Position numbers and translations under genes: made by a program
Shown here: piece by piece, positions 5,660 through 12,929 of the stretch
Layout: each line of letters begins with the position of its first letter
How positions within the stretch are numbered: position 1 is the first letter of the stretch
Notes under the pieces: model-generated
The model's database searches: none
Told to the model about the DNA's origin: nothing
Seen by the model: only the letters and a program-made list of their open reading frames with translations
Assembly (NCBI GenBank): GCA_039920285.1
Contig: JBDSDX010000001.1
Location: 180,001 to 212,000 of the forward strand
From: Candidatus Saccharimonadota bacterium
GTDB lineage: Bacteria > Patescibacteriota > Saccharimonadia > Saccharimonadales > Saccharimonadaceae
Direction: 5' to 3'
DNA: 32,000 nucleotides

Positions 5660-8600
5660 ATGAGTATAGAGAGCGACCGAGGATCAGAATGGCGCAGATG
5701 GGATTTGCACCTTCATACGAAGGACACTAATAAGAACGATCAGTTTAACGAGAGTGCTGATTTCGATGCGTATTGTGTCACGATGTTGAAAAAAGCCGTT
5801 GATAAGAATATCGCTGCTATTGGTATTACTGATTATTTCAGCATCGATAACTATAAAAGAGTCGTTGAATTTATCTCCAATATTGATAGTCGTACCGATT
5901 TCGATGCTGATCAAAAAAGATCAATAAAGAATATCCTAGTAGTACCGAATGTAGAGCTTCGGATGCTTCCAGTTACAGCACGCGGTAGCTTGGTTAATAT
6001 TCATTGTATTTTTAATCCTGCTATTGTGTCCAAGCTTGATAACAAATTTTTCGCATCCATTGAGTGTTCGGATGGCAGCACGACTCATAAAATGAATCTT
6101 CAGGGTCTGATAGATTTTGGTAAATCTTTTGATTCCGGACTAGATGAAAAAGCGGCATATAAAAAAGGTGTCGATAATTTCCACGTAGATCAAGCAAAGC
6201 TTCAAGAGCTATTAACTGATGAAGTGTTTGCTGAAAATACTATTGTAGTTGTAAGCAACTCTACTAACGACGGAGCGTCAGGTTTTCAAAAGCATTACGA
6301 TTCTTTTGAAGATATAGATCCCGGCAGTCTTGAAGGTGTGAGGAAGGCTATTTACTCTATCTCGCAAGCCATTTTCTCAAGTAATGAAGGCGATAGAAAA
6401 TATTTTCTCGGCTTAAGCAAAGATGATGAAGACGTTGTGAAGAAGAAGTGTGGGTCTTTAAAACCCTGTATTCATGGCAGTGACGCACACACAGAATCAA
6501 AACTTTTTGAACCAGATGAAGACAGATTTTGCTGGATAAAAGCGGACACTACGTTTGAAGGATTAAAACAAATAATATATGAACCAGCAGACAGGGTTTT
6601 CATTGGTTTGGAACCACCTGTTCTTGATCGGGTGAGGACTAATAAAACCAAATATATTGATATGTTAAATATTAATCACTTACCCGGTTATAGCGGAGCT
6701 CAGGGTGTTTGGTTTAAGGACGTCAGTATTAATTTAAATAAAGAACTTATAGCCATTATCGGCAATAAGGGCAGTGGAAAAAGCGCGCTATCAGACATAC
6801 TTGGAGTGCTTGGAAATACACATAACGCAGGCGCTAACCATGAGAACCTCTCCTTTCTAAGAGGTGGAAAAAAGTTAAAGTTTAGAAAAAAGGGCTACGC
6901 GGAGAATTTTGAAGCGGAGTTGGTATGGGAAGACGGTAGCGGTGCTGACACAAAAATTCCCTTAGATCATAACGTCGATCCTGACGACACGGAAAAGGTA
7001 AAATACCTACCGCAGAATTACTTTGAGAACTTGACCAATGATCTCGAAGGCGAAGGTTTTGATAAAACCTTGAAGAGTGTCATCTTTTTACATATACCCG
7101 AAGAGCAAAGATTAGGCGCACACAGTTTTGAAGAGCTAGAGGATAAAAAAGCAAAAAGCATTGAAGCAGATCTTGTTGTACTGAGAGACGAAGCTCATTC
7201 TATATCGGAAGAGACTATTAAGCTAGAAGCCAAGAAACATCCCAGCAGAAAGAAGCAGATTGAAAACGCAATTCTTGAAAAAAAGAACGAGCTTACCGAA
7301 CACGAAAAGATTAAGCCAGTAGAAATTCCTGATCCTGCAAAACAAGGAGATGAGGAAGCGGCTGAAGCAAAGAGCGAGAAATACGACCAACTAGAAAAAT
7401 TAAATGCTACGCAGGCTGGTGTACTTGGAAAAATTGCTCAGAAACGAACAGAACTTAATGGACTGACGCAAGATCAGGAAGAGCTTACTCAGCTCAAGAA
7501 TGCATTGTCCAGAGTTTCTAATCAGGCGGAAACATTTAAAATTGAAAATGCCACAGTCTTTGAGAAACACGGTCTTATTATCGATGAAATTATCGAAATT
7601 AAGGTTAAGAATGATCCTATTCTTTTAAAGATCCAGGAGAAGCAAGAATCAGTAAATAGCGCTAAGGCTGCACTACGTACAAAATCTGCCATTGATACCG
7701 ATCCAGAGCTAATTGGTAAGCCTGCAGAGCTCAAGGCAGCGTACGCAGCAAGTCTTCAAGTTCAAGAAGAAGATATTCGTACTCAGATTACTGAAATAAA
7801 GAAAGATCTATCACGGCCTGAAAAAGAATTCCAAGAGTATAAAGAAAAGCTCAAAAAATGGGGTGATAGGAAGCGAGAAATCGAAGGTTCAAAGAATCAG
7901 ATCAATAGTCTTAAGTTCTACGAAGAAGAGCTTAGATATATAACAAAAGAGCTTACGTCAACTCTTAACACGATGCGTGGAGAGCGGTTGAAAAAAACTA
8001 TCTCAATCTTTAAAAAGCAAAAAGAGATCGTAGAGTTATACCGTATTTTCAAGGAGTCGATAGATAAAGAAATTTCTAAAGACGAAGAGTTTTCCAAGAA
8101 ATTTAAGATGATCATAGATGTGAACTTTAAACTAGATCCTCTGTTTATGCGTAGCTTCTTGCAGTTTATTAATAAATCAAAAAGGGGCACCTTCTACGGT
8201 TCAAACGAGAATCACGTCTCAGAACTTTTCAGTGAGATGGATTTGTTAGATGAGAGTCATATTTCACAAATTCTTAACACAACTATTGAATGGCTTGAAT
8301 TGAATCAAAAGGAATCTAACGAAGACTTGAGGCCACAAGAAATATCAGACCAGATTGATAAGTTGCAGGAGTTCTACGATTTCTTATTCTATCTTGAATA
8401 CCTGAAGCCGGTTTATGAGTTGAAGCTCGATGGGAAAATACTTGATGAACTCTCGCCAGGTGAGAAAGGTACGTTATTGCTTGTTTTCTATCTAATGATC
8501 GATAAAGAGGACACTCCACTGATCATTGACCAACCAGAGGATAATCTAGATAACAAGAGTGTATTCCAAGTCTTGACACATTTTATTAAGACGGCTAAAA

Positions 8601-8824
8601 AACGCAGACAAATAATTATTGTTACTCACAACCCGAACCTTGCGGTTGGTGCAGATGCTGAGCAGATTATTTACGTTGAGCTCGACAAGAAAAGTAATAA
8701 GAATACTTTTACATTTGAAGTTGGTGCAATCGAAAACCCAAGAATCAATAAACAGCTGGTTGAGATACTTGAAGGAACTATGCCTGCATTTAACAGGAGA
8801 AAGCTTAGGTATAACAAATCATGA
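5660..8824 (+). CDS. PHP-domain phosphoesterase fused to a Rad50/SMC-like ABC ATPase with a long coiled-coil insertion
   Basis: PHP motifs are WDLHLHT (HxH codons at 5708-5716), GITDY, NVELR and HGSDAH (6473-6490). The ABC head has Walker A GNKGSGKS (6761-6784) and Q-loop YLPQNYF. About 400 aa of heptad-rich, K/E-rich coiled coil without Cys follows. Then come signature LSPGEKG (8450-8470), Walker B/D-loop LIIDQPEDNLD (8519-8551) and H-loop VTHNPN. ATG 5660 with GAGG (5654-5657) is preferred over the track's GTG 5648. Confidence 0.8.
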   Translation: MSIESDRGSEWRRWDLHLHTKDTNKNDQFNESADFDAYCVTMLKKAVDKNIAAIGITDYFSIDNYKRVVEFISNIDSRTDFDADQKRSIKNILVVPNVELRMLPVTARGSLVNIHCIFNPAIVSKLDNKFFASIECSDGSTTHKMNLQGLIDFGKSFDSGLDEKAAYKKGVDNFHVDQAKLQELLTDEVFAENTIVVVSNSTNDGASGFQKHYDSFEDIDPGSLEGVRKAIYSISQAIFSSNEGDRKYFLGLSKDDEDVVKKKCGSLKPCIHGSDAHTESKLFEPDEDRFCWIKADTTFEGLKQIIYEPADRVFIGLEPPVLDRVRTNKTKYIDMLNINHLPGYSGAQGVWFKDVSINLNKELIAIIGNKGSGKSALSDILGVLGNTHNAGANHENLSFLRGGKKLKFRKKGYAENFEAELVWEDGSGADTKIPLDHNVDPDDTEKVKYLPQNYFENLTNDLEGEGFDKTLKSVIFLHIPEEQRLGAHSFEELEDKKAKSIEADLVVLRDEAHSISEETIKLEAKKHPSRKKQIENAILEKKNELTEHEKIKPVEIPDPAKQGDEEAAEAKSEKYDQLEKLNATQAGVLGKIAQKRTELNGLTQDQEELTQLKNALSRVSNQAETFKIENATVFEKHGLIIDEIIEIKVKNDPILLKIQEKQESVNSAKAALRTKSAIDTDPELIGKPAELKAAYAASLQVQEEDIRTQITEIKKDLSRPEKEFQEYKEKLKKWGDRKREIEGSKNQINSLKFYEEELRYITKELTSTLNTMRGERLKKTISIFKKQKEIVELYRIFKESIDKEISKDEEFSKKFKMIIDVNFKLDPLFMRSFLQFINKSKRGTFYGSNENHVSELFSEMDLLDESHISQILNTTIEWLELNQKESNEDLRPQEISDQIDKLQEFYDFLFYLEYLKPVYELKLDGKILDELSPGEKGTLLLVFYLMIDKEDTPLIIDQPEDNLDNKSVFQVLTHFIKTAKKRRQIIIVTHNPNLAVGADAEQIIYVELDKKSNKNTFTFEVGAIENPRINKQLVEILEGTMPAFNRRKLRYNKS

Positions 8825-10002
8825 ATGTAAGCACGATTAAATGTACACACTGCGGAAAGGATATTGAACTTTCCGAAGCTCTTACTAAAGATATTGAAAA
8901 GACAGTGCTCGATGCTGAGCATAAAAAACATCTAGCTGAAATGGAAGAATTTCAAAAAGTATCTGACGAAAAAACACGCAAGTTAGTCGAAGAAGAAAAA
9001 TTAAAAGCTCAAGCGGATGCCACGTCGAAACTTGAACACAGATTAAAGCAGATGAGTGAAGAGTCCGAAGCGGATAAGCTAGAGGTGAAAGAAATGCGCG
9101 GACAGTTATCAACGCTTATGCAGGAGCTTCGTGAATCAAAGAAAAATGCTGCAAATGCAGAGCTTGAAATGCAGAAAAAATTGGCCGAAGAAGAACAGAA
9201 GATTCGCGAGGAAGCTCAAAAAGAGGCTGGTGAAAACCAACGCCTTAAATTAGCAGAAAAAGATAAACAAATTGAAGCTGCAAAGAAACAAGTTGAAGAA
9301 ATGCAGAGAAAGCTGAACCAGGGTTCTCAACAGATGCAAGGTGAAATCCTGGAACTTGATCTTGAGGACGCACTCGCAGCTGAATTCAAAGATGATGACA
9401 TCAATCCTGTAGAAAAGGGCATAAAAGGTGCAGATATAAAACAAACGGTACGAAGCCCACGTGGTACGGATTGCGGGGTGATTCTTTGGGAAATTAAACG
9501 TACCAAAGCATGGACTGAGGGCTGGGTTCAGAAACTAAAAGATGATTTAAGAGATACAAAAGCGAACATACCCGTCATTATTACAGAAGTTATGCCACGT
9601 GATATTAAATCCGATATTCATTTACACAATGGTGTTTGGGTTGTTAAGCCCGGCTCTGCACTCATTCTTGCTGGCTTGTTAAGGAAAGGTTTATTGGACG
9701 TAGGGCGTGAGAAAGCTATCGCTAAGCATCGAGATACGAGTGCGGATGCTCTTTACGGTTTTGTTACGAGCCATGAGTTCTCTCAGCAAATTGAAGCAAT
9801 GGTTGAAGTCTATACTGAAATGATAACTGATCTTACTAAAGAGAAAGTTGCGTTTGACAGAATTTGGGCAAAACGTGAAAGCCAAGCCAAGAAGTTACTT
9901 GGAAGTACAGCTAATATTATTGGAAGTATGCAAGGTCAGTTGGGCGCAGGTGCTTCACTTCGCATTAAAGGTCTTGAGCTTTTGGATTCTGGTGAGGATT
10001 AA
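8821..10002 (+). CDS. DUF2130-family protein: N-terminal CxxC, coiled coil, C-terminal RmuC-like PD-(D/E)xK nuclease fold
   Basis: The start overlaps the ATPase stop (ATGA at 8821-8824). N-terminus is IKCTHCGKDIELSEAL, followed by a K/E-rich coiled coil. The nuclease motif is GADIKQTV...GVILWEIKRTKAW (D codon 9433-9435, E-x-K 9490-9498). A conserved tail reads FVTSHEFSQQIEAMVEVY...WAKRESQ. Confidence 0.75.
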   Translation: MNVSTIKCTHCGKDIELSEALTKDIEKTVLDAEHKKHLAEMEEFQKVSDEKTRKLVEEEKLKAQADATSKLEHRLKQMSEESEADKLEVKEMRGQLSTLMQELRESKKNAANAELEMQKKLAEEEQKIREEAQKEAGENQRLKLAEKDKQIEAAKKQVEEMQRKLNQGSQQMQGEILELDLEDALAAEFKDDDINPVEKGIKGADIKQTVRSPRGTDCGVILWEIKRTKAWTEGWVQKLKDDLRDTKANIPVIITEVMPRDIKSDIHLHNGVWVVKPGSALILAGLLRKGLLDVGREKAIAKHRDTSADALYGFVTSHEFSQQIEAMVEVYTEMITDLTKEKVAFDRIWAKRESQAKKLLGSTANIIGSMQGQLGAGASLRIKGLELLDSGED

Positions 10003-10582
10003 GTTTCGGTAAGTCCTCTAAGGTATTGAGTTCATCAACAACTGCATTGAATATAGTATTAATGTCATCTGCACACTGATTCATATCGTTCTGCCACATT
10101 TTGATTAAATCCTTGCGCTTTGCCATGTTAGCGAGTTGCATAGTAGTTGTATATGTTATTGGTCTTGGTAAAATGTCATTTCCAAACTCAGGCACACCTA
10201 TTCTTTCATAATTTGACCCGTGAGCTGCACGGTGCCGCTTATGCATTTTTTCTTTATGGTACTTACTAGATAATGTATCTTCGTATTCTCTTAATTTTGT
10301 TGTAACAGTATATCCAGGCGGAAGTGTGTGGTATTTTCTAACATTTTTGACAAGGTCTATTATAAGATCTTCGTAAAACCGGCTATTGAGTATCAGAAAT
10401 GTTTCCATCATTGACTGCAACCAGTCAATATCTTGTTTTTTACGGTTTAACTCTCTGGAAAGCTTTTTCATCATCCGTACTATGTAGCGTATGTCACGAA
10501 TATAATAAATAGCATCATGACCATAAGATAAGCGTAAAGTCTGGATCGCGGGGCTCGTTTTCTTAGATATTGAGATTCGCAT
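9965..10582 (-). CDS. hypothetical alpha-helical protein (205 aa) with an RxxxxH (HEPN-like) motif
   Basis: The ORF is convergent with DUF2130, and their 3' ends overlap by 38 nt. The RHRAAH motif is encoded at 10220-10237. No other recognisable domain. Confidence 0.45.
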   Translation of the reverse strand: MRISISKKTSPAIQTLRLSYGHDAIYYIRDIRYIVRMMKKLSRELNRKKQDIDWLQSMMETFLILNSRFYEDLIIDLVKNVRKYHTLPPGYTVTTKLREYEDTLSSKYHKEKMHKRHRAAHGSNYERIGVPEFGNDILPRPITYTTTMQLANMAKRKDLIKMWQNDMNQCADDINTIFNAVVDELNTLEDLPKLNPHQNPKAQDL

Positions 10583-10627
10583 AGATATTCTCAGTATAGT
10601 ACTTTTGACTTACTTCTCATTTAATAA

Positions 10628-10659
10628 GGTTCTGACTTCATCTAGGACGCGGAGCCAAG
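10628..10659 (+). repeat. degenerate tRNA-3'-end-like repeat R1 (GGTTCTGACTTCATCTAGGACGCGGAGCCAAG)
   Basis: It shares GGTTC...CGGAGCCAAG with tRNA-Asn 1395-1421, and the last 10 nt are identical. A terminator hairpin follows directly. Confidence 0.5.
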
Positions 10660-10700
10660 AAAAAAGCCGCAGTCCTTTAGGACTTAGGCTTTTTTCTTTG
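10655..10700 (+). terminator. long terminator hairpin following R1
   Basis: CAAGAAAAAAGCC..AGTCC-tuta-GGACT..GGCTTTTTTCTT(T)G, with an inner 5-bp and an outer ~13-bp helix and a U-rich 3' arm. Confidence 0.5.
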
Positions 10701-10712
10701 TTGTGTTGCTAG

Positions 10713-10761
10713 CCCGACCAGCAACCGCAGCGCGGTAGCGATGCATGGTTGCGGTTCGATA
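10713..10761 (+). repeat. 49-nt hairpin repeat, copy 1 (degenerate)
   Basis: CCCGACCAGCAACCGCAGCGCGGTAGCGATGCATGGTTGCGGTTCGATA is identical to 14714-14762 at 44 of 49 positions. Confidence 0.7.
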
Positions 10762-10818
10762 GCGAGGAGCAGGACAGGAAAGTTTACTTTCCTGAACGTG
10801 ACGATGGTATATCTGGAT

Positions 10819-10838
10819 AGTCCAGCCGTCGGAGCCAA
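10819..10838 (+). repeat. attR-like direct repeat R2, exact copy of the tRNA-Asn 3' terminal 20 nt
   Basis: AGTCCAGCCGTCGGAGCCAA matches 1401-1420 at 20 of 20 positions. Confidence 0.75.
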
Positions 10839-10850
10839 ATTTGAATCACT

Positions 10851-10873
10851 AGCCGATGCGTCGGCTATTTTTT
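10851..10873 (+). terminator. rho-independent terminator following R2
   Basis: AGCCGA-tgcg-TCGGCT followed by ATTTTTT. Confidence 0.6.
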
Positions 10874-10967
10874 GTATTGACTGATATGGTTTCTTTCATT
10901 TTACGGTTCGAAAACCCTGAGAACAGTGTTATAGTATGGCGAGAACAACAGGGTGGCAGGAAACATT

Positions 10968-12260
10968 ATGGCTTTTAGAGACCCCCTTAGAAATTACTCG
11001 ACAATTGATGGTATTAATTACCTCGATCCAAAGATTGAAAACTTTCTTGAACTTGATGCACCAGAGAGCTTCAAGAATTCAATCAATGTGCTACTACCAA
11101 TTCGCAACGCCCTACGAGTCGCAAAGACGATTGGTAGGATCGGCGAGATCCCGACCACTGAATATTATATGCAGACTATTCAGTGGCTAAATAAACAGAT
11201 GGCGCTTGGAGCATGGATAGGCGTCCCCCAGCTTACTAGCTACAATGACATAACGGAAGATGTAGCTTCAAACTTTAGTGGGCATGCTGCTAATGTTCTT
11301 TCTAATTTGGTTAACCAATCGCTTTTTCAACAGATCCAGTTGATGCAGGGTGTCTTGGAAAATACTATAGTACAAGGAATCATTGACGACATCGAGGCCC
11401 CCATTGAGGAGAATTTCAAACAGACATTGAGAGATGAACAATCAGCTGTTACGGTATCCCTCGACGCTACACAGGAGGAGAAAGCGAGACAGCTGACTGC
11501 GCTGTTTAATGAACAGATGCAGCAGGTCAGAACTGCTGGAAGTGACGCTACATCCTCATTTGAGCAAGCAAGAGCACTCGCTAGTTGGAGTGAATTTTAC
11601 GCAGGACGTGTACATCAGTATGAGCTCGCTTTGTACGGTAAAGTATGGCCAGTTAATGCTACTGCAAGAAAGCTTTCGACATATAGAAAGTATAGAAAAT
11701 CCTTGTCAATGAAAGAACGAGCTAGAACTATCCTTGCCACAATTATTGCGGCACTTCGTTGCTTACGCCAAGGTTGGGCAATTGTATATTCCAAGATTAG
11801 CTCGTATTCAGGACGTAGGTTTCTTTGGTTTGTACTCATTGCGCTGAGCATAATTCTGATCATGGCCGTAAATCTGCTCTCCATATATGGAACGAAAACT
11901 TTCCTTGGAATAAACGTAGCTCCCTTGAAAGCCACTCATAAAGACACGCTCTTATTTGCTAAGGCCGCCACATATCTTGCTGTACTTTTTATTCCTACAA
12001 TCGGATACTCATTTGCGAATAAGAATTACCGGATATACAGCAACTTATTAGAACAGTACCGTCATAGAGAGATTGTTGCCAAGACAATTCAGGGCATACT
12101 AGCTCGGCCTAGAGGTGATGACGATGATGAGGCTGTTAGAAAAGAGCTCGCTAATGTAGCCTCCGTAGCACTATTCGAACAAAAGACTGTCGGACACCTG
12201 TCGAAGCAGGAAGCAAACTCTGCTTCAATCATTGATATACTGCGGACTTTTAGATCTTAA
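10968..12260 (+). CDS. hypothetical membrane protein (~430 aa): soluble helical N-terminal half, two or three TM helices, helical C-terminal tail
   Basis: ATG 10968 with AGGAAA 4 nt upstream, and an extended -10 TGTTATAGT at 10927-10935. TM segments are FLWFVLIALSIILIMAVNLLSIY and AATYLAVLFIPTIGYSF. No domain recognised. Confidence 0.6.
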   Translation: MAFRDPLRNYSTIDGINYLDPKIENFLELDAPESFKNSINVLLPIRNALRVAKTIGRIGEIPTTEYYMQTIQWLNKQMALGAWIGVPQLTSYNDITEDVASNFSGHAANVLSNLVNQSLFQQIQLMQGVLENTIVQGIIDDIEAPIEENFKQTLRDEQSAVTVSLDATQEEKARQLTALFNEQMQQVRTAGSDATSSFEQARALASWSEFYAGRVHQYELALYGKVWPVNATARKLSTYRKYRKSLSMKERARTILATIIAALRCLRQGWAIVYSKISSYSGRRFLWFVLIALSIILIMAVNLLSIYGTKTFLGINVAPLKATHKDTLLFAKAATYLAVLFIPTIGYSFANKNYRIYSNLLEQYRHREIVAKTIQGILARPRGDDDDEAVRKELANVASVALFEQKTVGHLSKQEANSASIIDILRTFRS

Positions 12261-12305
12261 TAGGAACTGAGAGTTCCCACATGCTTACAATTTGATTTTT
12301 AATTC

Positions 12306-12337
12306 GGTTCCAATTTATCCCAGTGTGGTGAGCCAAG
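12306..12337 (+). repeat. degenerate tRNA-3'-end-like repeat R3 (GGTTCCAATTTATCCCAGTGTGGTGAGCCAAG)
   Basis: Same 32-nt format as R1 and R5, with the shared frame GGTT...CCAG...GAGCCAAG. An imperfect A/T-rich hairpin follows at about 12338-12386. Confidence 0.45.
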
Positions 12338-12381
12338 CTTAAGCATTATGAAAGACTTCTTAGGAAGCTTTTTTCTTATGC

Positions 12382-12409
12382 TTGCACCAAGACCCTAAAC
12401 GTTTATAAT
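12382..12409 (+). promoter_or_regulatory. promoter TTGCAC-16-TATAAT for the 124-aa gene
   Basis: TTGCAC at 12382-12387 and TATAAT at 12404-12409. SD AAGGAG lies at 12421-12426 before ATG 12432. Confidence 0.5.
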
Positions 12410-12431
12410 TCTTACAAACTAAGGAGCGTAC

Positions 12432-12806
12432 ATGGCAGGCCTTCCGCAGAATATTGAAACTGCTCTCACAGAAGTATACGGACCAGTTGAAGCTGCGTTT
12501 ATAATTACGCAAATACCCAAGGGTGGAGCGCCAGAGGATATAAAGGAGCAATGGGTCGGAGTATCACTGCCAGTGCGAGCTGCACATCTTGGCCAGACTG
12601 CTCTTGCGCCTACAAGAAACTTTGACTATTTAACGCAACAAATAACTGAAAATGACGACTCTGTAGCTATCACAGGAATTGATGCAGTACATGCACTTGC
12701 CGAAGCTGGAAAAGAGTCTGCTGCTAGGTTCTGGGATTCAATGCAGCTTGCTAAATTTGTTTTTCGAGCACATGAGGGTACGCTACAACCTCTGCAATCT
12801 GATTAG
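12432..12806 (+). CDS. hypothetical soluble protein (124 aa)
   Basis: ORF with a good promoter and SD. No recognisable domain. Confidence 0.6.
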   Translation: MAGLPQNIETALTEVYGPVEAAFIITQIPKGGAPEDIKEQWVGVSLPVRAAHLGQTALAPTRNFDYLTQQITENDDSVAITGIDAVHALAEAGKESAARFWDSMQLAKFVFRAHEGTLQPLQSD

Positions 12807-12809
12807 TTG

Positions 12810-12855
12810 GGTTAGAGTCATAGTTGCGAAATGTGACCAGTAGGGGGGAGCCAAA
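12810..12855 (+). repeat. degenerate tRNA-3'-end-like repeat R4 (GGTTAGAGTCA...CCAGTAGGGGGGAGCCAAA)
   Basis: GGTTAGAGTC resembles the T-arm GGTTCGAGTC at 9 of 10 positions. An insertion follows, then CCAG-N-GGAGCCAAA. Confidence 0.4.
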
Positions 12856-12866
12856 GTTAGAACCAA

Positions 12867-12896
12867 AAATAACAGAGATGAAAGTCTCTGTTATTT
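12867..12896. terminator. bidirectional terminator between the 124-aa gene/R4 and the MBL operon
   Basis: AAATAACAGAGA-tgaaag-TCTCTGTTATTT, a perfect 12-bp stem with T-runs on both strands. Confidence 0.65.
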
Positions 12897-12929
12897 GTTG
12901 TAGGTACCGATATAATTGAAATTTGATTG

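Larger units (their letters stand above)
1401..10838. mobile_element. integrated genomic island / integrative element at the tRNA-Asn 3' end (~9.4 kb) carrying a serine recombinase and candidate defence cargo
   Basis: It has a perfect 20-bp direct repeat at both ends, and the recombinase gene abuts attL. The interior is more AT-rich: spot counts of single 60-nt lines give about 33% GC inside versus about 48% in the 20-kb region. Cargo is unknown or defence-like genes, with no phage structural genes. Confidence 0.65.

Noticed and set aside
10713-10761. Integron attC-site interpretation of the 49-nt hairpin repeats (single-ORF modules followed by imperfect palindromes)
   Set aside because: The arms do not match the RYYYAAC / GTTRRRY core sites. 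No integron-type tyrosine integrase or attI is present. The modules carry their own promoters and terminators.
1401-10838. Prophage interpretation of the island
   Set aside because: No capsid, tail, terminase, portal or lysis genes are recognisable, and 9.4 kb is too small. An integrative island or satellite-like element is the safer call.
10936-11190. 84-aa ORF overlapping the start of the 430-aa gene in another frame, and the track's GTG start at 10953
   Set aside because: It is out of frame with the long ORF. ATG 10968 with an AGGAAA SD is the better start for the long gene.
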